A stretch of 64,000 nucleotides of DNA from an uncultured Bdellovibrionales bacterium (lineage in GTDB: Bacteria > Patescibacteriota > Minisyncoccia > Moranbacterales > UBA1568). The notes beneath the pieces were generated by a model. It had not been told where the DNA came from. It ran no database searches and saw nothing but the letters and a program-made list of their open reading frames with translations. This document shows, piece by piece, positions 19,089 through 28,028 of this stretch (positions are counted from its first letter, which is position 1; every line of letters begins with the position of its first letter). The translations under genes were made by a program, and so were the position numbers. Location of the stretch: the NCBI GenBank assembly GCA_964594215.1, contig CAZQLN010000001.1, positions 39,638 to 103,637 on the forward strand, in the 5' to 3' direction.

Positions 19089-20183
19089 ATGAGCATCCTT
19101 CAGAAAAAAATTATCAATCTTTTCCCAACTTCTTTTGGGTTGGATCTTTCAGATCTATCCGTCAAAGCGGTCTGGCTTGAGCGTAACGGTAATCATGAAG
19201 CTATCGCTAGCTATGGGTCGGTACCGCTGCCGGCTGGCGCTATTGCTGATGGTGAGATTGTTGATGGAGAAGTGGTCAAAGCGGCTATCAAAAGCCTAAT
19301 GGAAAAGGCAGGACCAAAGAAGATAGCTACCAAAAAAGTCATCTGTTCTCTACCTGAAACAAAAGCCTTTTTGCGTATTATTAGTTTGCCTCAGATGAAA
19401 GCTGAAGAAGTCAAAGAAGCTATTAAGTGGGAAATTGAGGCTAATATCCCACTCACACTTGATCAGGTTTACTATGATTGGCAGGTACTCGATGTTCCCT
19501 TGACCACCGAGAAAGATAAAATGAGTGTCCTCGTGGTAGCGGTATCACGGAGCAATGTTGATCAATTTCAAGAAGTGCTTGAGGGGGCTGGTCTTGAGCC
19601 TCTTGGTCTTGAAACAGAGTCTATTGCCGAGGCAAGGAGTCTTCTTTTAGAAAATGATGATAAACGCACAACTCTGATTGTTGATATTGGTGATCGTCGC
19701 TCAAGCTTTCTTGTAGCAGTTGGCAGTAGTCCATGTTTTACCTCAAGCGTACCTCTTTCATCACAGATGATGACAGACGCTATTTCCAAGTCTCTTCAGA
19801 TTTCATTTGACCAAGCTGAAACCATGAAAATCAAACATGGTCTGGGATCTTTAGCTGAGAAGAGCCCTACTTTTTTGGCCTGCGAACCTATTTTAGAGAG
19901 TATCGCTATTGAAATAGAAAAATCTCTTGATTTCTTCTTGACGAACTTTCCACTTATCGAAAAAGTAGACCATATCGTATTTTGTGGTGGCGGGTCCAAT
20001 ATGCATGGCTTACTTCCTTATATGGCCAAACGTCTTGGTAGACCAGTAGAAGCTGGTAATCCATGGGTTAATCTCCGTCTTGGAAAGCGCCTTCCACTCA
20101 TTGATCGTGATCACTCGGTACAGTACTCAACCGCTATTGGCCTCGCACTCCGCGGCCTTGATGAATATGAAGATTTTACTTAA
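19089..20183 (+). CDS. pilM: Type IV pilus assembly ATPase-fold protein PilM
   Basis: Actin-like fold pattern (FGLDLSDLSVKAV...; GGGS near the C-terminus). Position before pilN/pilO. Confidence 0.85.
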   Translation: MSILQKKIINLFPTSFGLDLSDLSVKAVWLERNGNHEAIASYGSVPLPAGAIADGEIVDGEVVKAAIKSLMEKAGPKKIATKKVICSLPETKAFLRIISLPQMKAEEVKEAIKWEIEANIPLTLDQVYYDWQVLDVPLTTEKDKMSVLVVAVSRSNVDQFQEVLEGAGLEPLGLETESIAEARSLLLENDDKRTTLIVDIGDRRSSFLVAVGSSPCFTSSVPLSSQMMTDAISKSLQISFDQAETMKIKHGLGSLAEKSPTFLACEPILESIAIEIEKSLDFFLTNFPLIEKVDHIVFCGGGSNMHGLLPYMAKRLGRPVEAGNPWVNLRLGKRLPLIDRDHSVQYSTAIGLALRGLDEYEDFT

Positions 20184-20733
20184 CCTCCTCCCAGAAGAAA
20201 AAAAGATAGCTATCGAGCGCGGCCTGCACGTGCGTATTTTTCTTTGGCAATTTTTTCTTCTTTTCCTTCTTGAGCTTTTCTTCTTAGGTATTCTTTTCAC
20301 CATTGCGATACTTCTTAAGGTAGAGCTTGATGGTGCCAAACTTTCCTCAGAAACAGCTACTCAAGCTATTGAGAAAGATGGCCAAGATCTGAAGAGGTAT
20401 GAGGACAAATTTTTAGGCATCAATGAAGCTATTTCTACGATTGGTAAAATCGAGAACAATCACCTGTACTTCAGTCAGCTCTTTCGTATCTTGGATGGAG
20501 TGCAGCCAAAAGAAGTCTTTTTGCGACAGATGACCTCCAAGGATCGAAAAATCATGCTTTCTGGTATTGCTGGTACTCGTGAAGATCTTCTTTTATTTGA
20601 ACAGCAGCTCAAGTCTTCAGCTTGTGTAGAGAAAGTTGACGTCCCTCTCTCCAATCTCTTTTCTCAGAAAAATCTCGAGTTTCAGATCGAATTTTCCATT
20701 ACTCTTGAGTGTCTCCGTAAAAACAGTCTATGA
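20161..20733 (+). CDS. pilN: Type IV pilus assembly protein PilN
   Basis: INLLP-type N-terminus (MKILLNLLPEE) followed by a TM helix. Overlaps the pilM stop. The track's upstream extension was rejected. Confidence 0.7.
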   Translation: MNMKILLNLLPEEKKIAIERGLHVRIFLWQFFLLFLLELFFLGILFTIAILLKVELDGAKLSSETATQAIEKDGQDLKRYEDKFLGINEAISTIGKIENNHLYFSQLFRILDGVQPKEVFLRQMTSKDRKIMLSGIAGTREDLLLFEQQLKSSACVEKVDVPLSNLFSQKNLEFQIEFSITLECLRKNSL

Positions 20734-21485
20734 GCAAATTTTTGAAACAATATCGTTTGGTTATCATAGCGATTGTCATTTTTCTGGCAATGGCTCTGAC
20801 CGCTTGGTTTTTGGTAAGGCCGCTCTACGGGAAGGTTCTTAGTTTACGTGATGAAATTCAAAAAGAACGAGTGCGTCAGGAAAATCAACAAAAACAAATC
20901 AAGCGTCTCCCAGAACTCAAGAGTCAATATGAAAGAGTGGTGAGTGAGGAAGGGTTTCTGGATATTCTTCTCACTGAAGATAAGGTAGTTGGTTTTATTC
21001 GAACCATAGAGGGTTTGGCAAGTGATGCGCAAGTCGATGTTAAAATCCAGTCCAATGATCTGAAGGTTGAAGAGATTCCTCAAAGAAAGGGTAATAAGAT
21101 CCAAGTGGAGAATAGTGATGAAGATGGTAGTTCTCAATCAAATGATAAAAAAGAAAAGACTCTAGCCGACTATCTTCCGTACCCGGATTATCTTCGTCTG
21201 ACCCTTACGGTCTCAGGAGATCATGGTGCTATCATCTCTTTTCTCTCACGTCTCGAAACTCTGCCGGTAGCTCTTGATGTCATGGGTATTGACGTGAAAC
21301 AGCCGCTCCGTGATGATAATTCTCGCGAAGGAGATGTTAGAGCGGTTAATCCCTTTACGACAGATACAGGACAGCAAGGAGATACAAATAAAGAAGGTGA
21401 CAATGTGCCCGAAGAACTCACTCAAGCACTTTCACCAAAACTGGAAGCGGTTATCGATCTCATTGTCTATGTAGACAAGAAGTAA
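20730..21485 (+). CDS. pilO: Type IV pilus assembly protein PilO-like
   Basis: N-terminal TM helix then a coiled coil. Position after pilN. Confidence 0.6.
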   Translation: MSKFLKQYRLVIIAIVIFLAMALTAWFLVRPLYGKVLSLRDEIQKERVRQENQQKQIKRLPELKSQYERVVSEEGFLDILLTEDKVVGFIRTIEGLASDAQVDVKIQSNDLKVEEIPQRKGNKIQVENSDEDGSSQSNDKKEKTLADYLPYPDYLRLTLTVSGDHGAIISFLSRLETLPVALDVMGIDVKQPLRDDNSREGDVRAVNPFTTDTGQQGDTNKEGDNVPEELTQALSPKLEAVIDLIVYVDKK

Positions 21486-21489
21486 CAAT

Positions 21490-21828
21490 ATGAAACTCAC
21501 ATCTCCACAATTAGAAAAATTTCTCGAGCGGTTTTCTCTCAGGCACTTGACGCTGGCTTGGTATCGTTACTTCAAGTTGTTTTTCACTGTACTCTTCTTC
21601 GTCATAATGGCTTTTGGTGGATACCTCTGGTATGCGAGCCTCTATAATTATTCTTGGGATGAGGAGCAGAAACAGGCCTATATGGAAAAAACTTTCACTG
21701 AGACAAATCTTAAAGAAAAAGAATTTTCACGACTTCTTGAAACACTGAAAACAAGACAAACAGAGCACCAGAACCCATTAAATATTTCACGCAATCTCTT
21801 TACTGGAGAGCCAGTGATTACCCAATAG
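21490..21828 (+). CDS. Hypothetical small membrane protein (pilus operon tail)
   Basis: 112 aa. One TM helix FFTVLFFVIMAFGGYLWY. Confidence 0.4.
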   Translation: MKLTSPQLEKFLERFSLRHLTLAWYRYFKLFFTVLFFVIMAFGGYLWYASLYNYSWDEEQKQAYMEKTFTETNLKEKEFSRLLETLKTRQTEHQNPLNISRNLFTGEPVITQ

Positions 21829-21893
21829 AATAGCGTGAGTCTTTTCTGGTACTATATTGACGATACTCTAAAAACATGGCAAAATAGAGTGCT

Positions 21894-22937
21894 ATGTTTG
21901 TAGAAAGTCGACTCAAATTTTATAAAGAACACTATCCGGAAAGTCCAAGTTATCGCTTGGAACAGTTTGAACGGGCCTTTTTTACCCCAGGCATCCGTTC
22001 TGTGGAGGCTATGACCACTCTTAGTAAGACTGAACGCGAAACGTTGAAAGACCTCCCTTGGCTTGCTTTTCCAGAAACTCTTATCCTGACCAGCAAAAAA
22101 CAAGATACCTTCAAGGCCATTGTCACCCTTCATGATGGCAAAAAGATAGAGACTGTTTTAATGCAGAATCGAAGAGGACACTGGACAGTATGTGTGTCGT
22201 CTCAGGTGGGTTGTGCTATGGCCTGTACCTTCTGTGCCACGGGGACCATGGGCTTTACTCGTAATCTGACAGTAGATGAGATTGTCGATCAGTATCGTCT
22301 GTGGGTCATGTATCTCGAAAACCATCCCGAACTGGCTCCACGTATCACGAACATCGTTTTTATGGGTATGGGGGAGCCACTAGCTAACTATCAGAACGTC
22401 AAAACTACCATTGAGACAATTCTCCGCTATACTGAAATAGGACCAACTCGTATCACAGTATCTACCGTAGGATTGATTCCTATGCTGACCAAGCTACTTG
22501 ATGATGAGACTTGGCCACCAGTGCGTTTAGCGGTATCGCTTCACAGTGCTGATCCAACGACAAGAAGTGCGATCATGCCGAGCTCGTATGCAAACTTCCT
22601 TGAAAAACTTCTCGAGTGGACTGAAAAATATTTTGCGAAGTTTGCCACTCGCAGACGGCATATCACCTTTGAATACGTGATGCTCTCGAAGGTTAATGAT
22701 ACAAGCGCTCATGCCAAGGCTTTGATTCAGTTCGCACGTCGAGTTGGTAAGGTACGTATCAATCTTATCCCGTATAATTTTACAGGGGATATCTATCGAG
22801 ATAGTCTTCCTGAAGATTTCGCTCATTTCGAAAATGAATTACGCGAAGCGGGAGTGCTCGTTACTTGTCGTAAGACTATGGGAGATGATATTGCGGCCGC
22901 TTGTGGACAATTAGTCGTTGAAAATAATAAGCAGTAA
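21894..22937 (+). CDS. rlmN: 23S rRNA (adenine2503-C2)-methyltransferase RlmN (radical SAM)
   Basis: CVSSQVGCAMACTFCATG radical-SAM cluster motif. Matches the RlmN/Cfr family throughout. Confidence 0.9.
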   Translation: MFVESRLKFYKEHYPESPSYRLEQFERAFFTPGIRSVEAMTTLSKTERETLKDLPWLAFPETLILTSKKQDTFKAIVTLHDGKKIETVLMQNRRGHWTVCVSSQVGCAMACTFCATGTMGFTRNLTVDEIVDQYRLWVMYLENHPELAPRITNIVFMGMGEPLANYQNVKTTIETILRYTEIGPTRITVSTVGLIPMLTKLLDDETWPPVRLAVSLHSADPTTRSAIMPSSYANFLEKLLEWTEKYFAKFATRRRHITFEYVMLSKVNDTSAHAKALIQFARRVGKVRINLIPYNFTGDIYRDSLPEDFAHFENELREAGVLVTCRKTMGDDIAAACGQLVVENNKQ

Positions 22938-22950
22938 AATAAAAAACCAT

Positions 22951-23499
22951 ATGAACAGATGTGTTATCGGTATAGTCGGAGGACCCGGGACAGGCAAGGA
23001 TACCGTGGCTGGATTACTTCCCAAAATACTTAACCAACCAGTGGAGACACTTTCTTTTAGCCGTCTAATTATAGAGGAGTACTGCGAGCCCCTTTCTATT
23101 GAACCGACTCACAAAAACCTTCAATTGATTGGAGATGCTTTACGTCCCGAATGGATCCATGAACGTATCTACCAGAAAATAGAGCAATCTCCGGCCTCGT
23201 ACTTTGTAATGCCATCGATTCGTCGCGAGGAAGATTTTCTTTTTGTGAGGAGTTTTCCAAACCACCTCTTAATTGCCATTGAAGCAGATGCGAAAACTGC
23301 TTACGAACGCATGAAAGAACGTAATGAGAAGCCGGGAGAGAATAATCTCACATGGGAAGAATACCTGGAGTTATGTGGTGCGGCTATCGATCAAGAGGTA
23401 CCTAAGCTTCGTAAACAAGCAGATATTACCATTGAAAACAATGGCACGCTGGAAGATCTAGAAAAGAAGTTAGACGAGTTACTGGTAAAAATGAAATGA
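22951..23499 (+). CDS. P-loop nucleotide kinase-like protein (dephospho-CoA kinase-like fold)
   Basis: Walker A IGIVGGPGTGKDT. About 180 aa with a C-terminal ITIENNGTLEDLEKKLDELL typical of small kinases. Specific substrate not assignable. Confidence 0.45.
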   Translation: MNRCVIGIVGGPGTGKDTVAGLLPKILNQPVETLSFSRLIIEEYCEPLSIEPTHKNLQLIGDALRPEWIHERIYQKIEQSPASYFVMPSIRREEDFLFVRSFPNHLLIAIEADAKTAYERMKERNEKPGENNLTWEEYLELCGAAIDQEVPKLRKQADITIENNGTLEDLEKKLDELLVKMK

Positions 23500-24668
23500 G
23501 CAGTTACTTCATCAAAACCTTTGGCTGCCAGCAAAACGTAGCTGACAGTGAACGCATGGCGAGCTTCTATGAGGCTCGTGGTTTTGTACCAGCCGAAACT
23601 ATGGATGAAGCAGACACACTTATTCTTAACACCTGTGTTATCCGTGACAAGGCGGAGGAAAAAGTCTATGGTTTGGTGCGCAGCTTAGAAGAACGTCTCA
23701 GTGCCGAAGGAAAAACTATGCCTCAGATTGTAGTGACTGGTTGTCTCATCGGAGCAGCTGCTCGTGAACCCTCAGGCAAGATGATGCGACGTCTCACCTC
23801 ACGCCTGCCTGGTGCTGAGATTCTACCACTCGAAGAAGTGGGCTTTGAGCATGCTCCCAAACGCAAGCCAGGTAAGATGGCCTCGATAGTCATATCTAAT
23901 GGCTGTAATAACTTTTGCGCTTTTTGTATCGTACCTTTTTCTCGCGGTAAAGAACGTTCGCGTCCGTTTGAAGAAATTATTACTGAGGTGGAACAGTCTA
24001 TTAAGGATGGTCATGATGAAATTATGCTTTTGGGACAGAATGTTAATTCTTATGGGGCAGAGATCCTGATGGATGCTCTCAAAAATAAGGATAAGTATGT
24101 CTTGCCAAGTGGGCAAGAGATTGTGCCTGTCATGGTCAAACACCTCAACCGTCATCGTATCCCCACCATGTTCCCACAATTGCTTGATGCGGTTGCGAAT
24201 ATCAAGGGTGTGCGCAAAGTACGTTTCCTCGCCTCAAACCCCTGGGATTTCAGTGATGAATTGATCGAAGTAATCAGAAAGAATAAGAATATTGATAGAG
24301 TCATTCATCTACCAGTACAGGCGGGGAGTAATGAAATCTTGAAACGTATGAATCGCTGGTACACCCGTGAAGAATATCTTGCCTTGATTGAGCGTATCAA
24401 GAGAGCTATCCCAGAAGCCGAGTTTACGACTGATATTATTGTTGGTTTTCCCGGAGAGACTGAAGAGCAGTTTCAAGAGAGTATTAGCTTGGCCAAGACA
24501 GTAGGATTTCGTCAGACCTTTATAGCTTGGTACTCACCACGCCCCGGTACGGCAGCGGCCAGGGGAATGGAAGACACGGTATCGATAGAAGACAAACAAC
24601 GTCGCTACCACGAGCTAGATCAAGTCTGTTTCCAGGGCTTTGAAAAGGCGAATGCCCATGATTCTTAG
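23496..24668 (+). CDS. MiaB/RimO-family radical SAM methylthiotransferase (no TRAM domain)
   Basis: N-terminal MTTase domain (FGCQQN...NTCVIR). Radical SAM CNNFCAFCIVP. The protein ends without a TRAM domain. Confidence 0.8.
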   Translation: MSSYFIKTFGCQQNVADSERMASFYEARGFVPAETMDEADTLILNTCVIRDKAEEKVYGLVRSLEERLSAEGKTMPQIVVTGCLIGAAAREPSGKMMRRLTSRLPGAEILPLEEVGFEHAPKRKPGKMASIVISNGCNNFCAFCIVPFSRGKERSRPFEEIITEVEQSIKDGHDEIMLLGQNVNSYGAEILMDALKNKDKYVLPSGQEIVPVMVKHLNRHRIPTMFPQLLDAVANIKGVRKVRFLASNPWDFSDELIEVIRKNKNIDRVIHLPVQAGSNEILKRMNRWYTREEYLALIERIKRAIPEAEFTTDIIVGFPGETEEQFQESISLAKTVGFRQTFIAWYSPRPGTAAARGMEDTVSIEDKQRRYHELDQVCFQGFEKANAHDS

Positions 24669-24685
24669 AGTGTTACAATAAAGAT

Positions 24686-25480
24686 ATGAAAATCATTTCT
24701 TGGAACGTTAATGGAATCAGGGCAGTGGTGCGGAAAGAACTTTTCCAGCCTTTTCTTGATGCTCATCAGCCGGATATTATTTGCCTACAAGAAACCAAAG
24801 CTATGCGTGAGCAGGTAGAAATAGATCTGCCTGACTATATCGAGTATTGGCACTCTGCGGAGAAAAGGGGTTATTCTGGGACGGCTATATTTAGCAAAAC
24901 TCAACCTCTTTCAGTAATCAATGGTTTCTTGCCAAAAACTTCCAAGAAGTATGCACCATTGGCTGATAAGTATGGTGATCCAGAAACAGAGGGCAGAGTC
25001 GTAACTGCTGAGTTTCCGAAGTTCTATCTAGTCACCGTCTATACTCCAAATGCCAAAGACGATCTCTCTCGTGTTCCACTTCGTCTTGCTTGGGACGCTG
25101 CTTTTCTTGCGCATTGTCAGGAGCTTGAGAAAACGAAGCCAGTAGTATTTTGCGGTGATCTCAATGTAGCACATACTGAGGATGACTTAGCTCGACCCAA
25201 GGAGAATATTGGTAAGAAAGGTTTTACCGATGAGGAACGGACTGGATTCCAAAACTTTGTTGACGCTGGTTTCATCGATACCCTCCGCATATTTAAAAAG
25301 GGAAATGGTCTTTACACCTGGTGGAGCAACTGGGGTGGAGCCAGAGAGCGGAATGTCGGGTGGCGTATTGACTATTTTCTCGTAAGCAAATCTCTCAAAA
25401 CCAAAGTCAAAGACGCATTCATATTACCAGAGGTGATGGGCTCAGATCACTGCCCGGTAGGTGTTATACTCGATATATAA
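24686..25480 (+). CDS. xth: Exodeoxyribonuclease III (AP endonuclease)
   Basis: ISWNVNGIRA...ICLQETK and SDHCPV motifs of the ExoIII/APE1 family. Confidence 0.9.
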   Translation: MKIISWNVNGIRAVVRKELFQPFLDAHQPDIICLQETKAMREQVEIDLPDYIEYWHSAEKRGYSGTAIFSKTQPLSVINGFLPKTSKKYAPLADKYGDPETEGRVVTAEFPKFYLVTVYTPNAKDDLSRVPLRLAWDAAFLAHCQELEKTKPVVFCGDLNVAHTEDDLARPKENIGKKGFTDEERTGFQNFVDAGFIDTLRIFKKGNGLYTWWSNWGGARERNVGWRIDYFLVSKSLKTKVKDAFILPEVMGSDHCPVGVILDI

Positions 25481-25496
25481 ACTAACCAAAAAACAT

Positions 25497-25967
25497 ATGT
25501 ACAAAAAAGTAGGCACTAAGGCACCAAGTTTTAAGGCACCAGATCAAGATGGCACCGTGAGAAGTTCGAAGGACTATCTCGGTAAGTGGGTGATACTCTA
25601 TTTTTATCCGAAAGATGATACGCCAGGCTGTACGACTGAAGCGTGTAGTTTTCGTGATGGATTCTCTAAGTTCAAGCGTGCTGGTATTGAAGTGATAGGG
25701 GTAAGTGTCGATAGTGTTAAAAAACACGCGAAGTTTGTGGAAAAATATAGTCTACCATTTACTTTACTTTCCGATGAAGACAAAAAGATCGTGCAAGCCT
25801 ATGGTGTCTGGGGCCTGAAAAAGTTTATGGGACGTGAGTATATGGGTACCAATCGAGTGAGTTATCTCATTAATCCAGAGGGAAAGATTGCGAAGGTATA
25901 CGATAAGGTCAAACCAGACGAACATTCGGATGAGGTGCTGGCTGATGTGAAGAAACTCAGTAGGTAG
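25497..25967 (+). CDS. bcp: Thiol peroxidase Bcp (peroxiredoxin)
   Basis: YFYPKDDTPGCTTEAC peroxidatic Cys motif. Start moved to ATG 25497. Confidence 0.9.
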   Translation: MYKKVGTKAPSFKAPDQDGTVRSSKDYLGKWVILYFYPKDDTPGCTTEACSFRDGFSKFKRAGIEVIGVSVDSVKKHAKFVEKYSLPFTLLSDEDKKIVQAYGVWGLKKFMGREYMGTNRVSYLINPEGKIAKVYDKVKPDEHSDEVLADVKKLSR

Positions 25968-25994
25968 AGGATAATTTAAGAGAAAAATAAGAAA

Positions 25995-26019
25995 AAAGGC
26001 TCCAAAAGAGCCTTTTTTG
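25995..26019 (+). terminator. Rho-independent terminator after bcp
   Basis: AAAGGCTC-caaaa-GAGCCTTTTTTG. Confidence 0.7.
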
Positions 26020-26065
26020 TATGCGTCATTGTGGATAACTCGAAAATGTTGTGTTTTGGATATTA

Positions 26066-26111
26066 GTGGAGTAAAATGGTGTGTAGGTTAACCAAAGTGG
26101 ATGAAAGTGGG
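26066..26111 (+). promoter_or_regulatory. Putative MraZ operator: five GTGG-type repeats at about 10-bp periodicity, overlapping promoter TTGTGT-17-TAAAAT
   Basis: GTGGA (26066), TGGTG (26077), TAGGT (26085), GTGGA (26097), GTGGG (26107). MraZ proteins bind direct GTGGG repeats spaced about 10 bp apart upstream of mraZ. Confidence 0.45.
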
Positions 26112-26136
26112 GAATTTCCAATCCTCACCGAAAATT

Positions 26137-26571
26137 ATGTTTATTGGAGAATACGCACATACTGTTGATCCCAAGAAGCGCCTGGCACTTCCTTCGAAGT
26201 TTCGTGGTGAACTTGGAAACAAAGTAGTCGTCACACGAGGACTAGATAACTGTCTTTTCGTGTATCCAATAAAAGTCTGGGAGGAACTTGCCACTAAACT
26301 CGGCACATTGCCAGTAGGTGAAGCAGGCACGCGAAGTTTCATTCGTATCATGCTGGCTGGCGCTACTGACTGTGATGTTGATACGCAGGGACGTATTCTT
26401 CTTCCAGAGTATTTGAAACAAGATGGAGGTTTGAAAAAAGACGTGACCATAGTCGGATTGTTCAACCGTTTAGAAATCTGGGACACCGGACGTTGGAACC
26501 GTTATAAGACACAAGCAGAAAAAAATACAGGCAAGATAGCAGAAGATCTCGGTAAGCTTGGTATTTACTAG
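26137..26571 (+). CDS. mraZ: Transcriptional regulator MraZ
   Basis: MFIGEYAHTVDPKKRLALPSKFR and a second DxxxR-containing half. Start placed at MFIGEY because the track's upstream extension covers the operator repeats. Confidence 0.9.
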   Translation: MFIGEYAHTVDPKKRLALPSKFRGELGNKVVVTRGLDNCLFVYPIKVWEELATKLGTLPVGEAGTRSFIRIMLAGATDCDVDTQGRILLPEYLKQDGGLKKDVTIVGLFNRLEIWDTGRWNRYKTQAEKNTGKIAEDLGKLGIY

Positions 26572-26581
26572 TTTTTTGACA

Positions 26582-27559
26582 ATGAAAGAAACAAGAGCGA
26601 TTGCTAAACATATACCTGTCCTCATGGAGGAGATTTTGGATGGACTCAATCTTGGTAGCGGGAAGAGTGTCGTGGATGCCACCTTAGGAGGGGGAGGGCA
26701 TACACGGGCGATACTTAGCGGTATTGCACCTACGGGGAAGCTTCTGTCTCTCGACCAAGATGCTAGTGCTGTCGAAGCTTTTCTTGATCGGGCGAGTGTA
26801 GAGGTGTTGACCAAAGAAGCATTGCAAGACAAAAGACTCCTGATTCGCAAAGCCAACTTCAGTGAAATAGCTGAAGTGGTGAGCGAAGAAGAATTCGGTC
26901 CTGTCGATGCTATCATGGCCGACCTCGGATACTCATCAGATCAGATAGAGGATGGGACACGGGGACTAAGCTTTCAAAATGATGGACCGCTCGATATGCG
27001 TCTTGATCAGGAGAGTGTCCTGACTGCACAAGATATCATTATGACGTGGAGTCTCGATGAACTGACTAAGATATTTCGTGATTACGGAGAAGAAGAGTAT
27101 AGCTACCAGCTTGCTAAGCGTATCGTAGAGACTCGTGCCAGTCACGTAATTGACACGACGCGTAAGTTGGTAGAGCTGATCGAAGAAGCAACGCCGCCAG
27201 CCAAACGCAGACTTGAGAAAATTCATCCAGCTACCAAAGTATTCCAAGCGCTCCGCATAGCGGTGAACGAAGAGTACGAGCGGTTGGAAACATTTCTTGC
27301 TGGTAGTCTCGGGGTACTTGGTTCTGGTGGACGACTTGCTGTCATTTCTTTCCACTCTGGTGAAGACAGTCTAGTCAAGAAGTTTTTTCAGAATCAGGCC
27401 AAAGGCTGTATCTGTCCACGAGAGTTTCCGATCTGTATCTGTGGCTTAACACCAACACTCCGCATTATTACCAGAAAAGTCATCACACCGACAGATGAAG
27501 AGATAGCGGTTAATCCGCGAGCTCGAAGCGCTAAATTGCGTATCGCCGAGAAGATATAG
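26582..27559 (+). CDS. rsmH: 16S rRNA (cytosine1402-N4)-methyltransferase RsmH
   Basis: HIPVLMEE...VDATLGGGGH and the SFHSGEDSLVK motif. Confidence 0.95.
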   Translation: MKETRAIAKHIPVLMEEILDGLNLGSGKSVVDATLGGGGHTRAILSGIAPTGKLLSLDQDASAVEAFLDRASVEVLTKEALQDKRLLIRKANFSEIAEVVSEEEFGPVDAIMADLGYSSDQIEDGTRGLSFQNDGPLDMRLDQESVLTAQDIIMTWSLDELTKIFRDYGEEEYSYQLAKRIVETRASHVIDTTRKLVELIEEATPPAKRRLEKIHPATKVFQALRIAVNEEYERLETFLAGSLGVLGSGGRLAVISFHSGEDSLVKKFFQNQAKGCICPREFPICICGLTPTLRIITRKVITPTDEEIAVNPRARSAKLRIAEKI

Positions 27560-27641
27560 AACAATCACAAAGGTTTCTTTCAGGGTCAATATCCTGGTTA
27601 CGCCAAAATCAGTGTACCAGGCAAAAACAAATATATATTTT

Positions 27642-27998
27642 ATGGCAGCTCGCATTCCTAAAAAGGAGAATTCTAGCGGTCGCTCTCGTAGCAATACGAA
27701 GGTGGTCATGCTTAAGGGCTCAAGTCAGGCTCTTATTGTCGCTGTATTTCTGACCCTTTTTCTGACTTCGGGTATGTACTTATTTTCGGTAAATAGAAAC
27801 GCGGTTCAGGGTTACCATCTCAGAGCTCTTGAGAAGGAAATTGCCGAGCTCAGCGAGAAAAACGCTGAACTCCAGATAGCCGAAGCGGACATGCGTTCAT
27901 TCTATCGGATCAATGAAGTCAAAGACGACCTCCAAATGGAAAAAACAGAACAGCTTAAATATCTTGAACCCAAAAAAGATACTGTGGCCTTACGCTAA
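27642..27998 (+). CDS. FtsL-like cell division protein
   Basis: Basic N-terminal tail, single TM helix, then a coiled coil (LRALEKEIAELSEKNAELQ). Position between rsmH and ftsI. Confidence 0.5.
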   Translation: MAARIPKKENSSGRSRSNTKVVMLKGSSQALIVAVFLTLFLTSGMYLFSVNRNAVQGYHLRALEKEIAELSEKNAELQIAEADMRSFYRINEVKDDLQMEKTEQLKYLEPKKDTVALR

Positions 27999-28028
27999 TA
28001 ATTCTTGAGAACGGTTCATCTATCACTT

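Noticed and set aside
20080-20160. Track's 5' extension of pilN into pilM
   Set aside because: The PilN family starts at the INLLP motif. The extension overlaps pilM by about 100 nt in another frame.
26470-26916. 148-aa minus-strand ORF overlapping mraZ and rsmH
   Set aside because: Antisense to two conserved genes, no RBS, Ser/Ala-rich artefactual frame.
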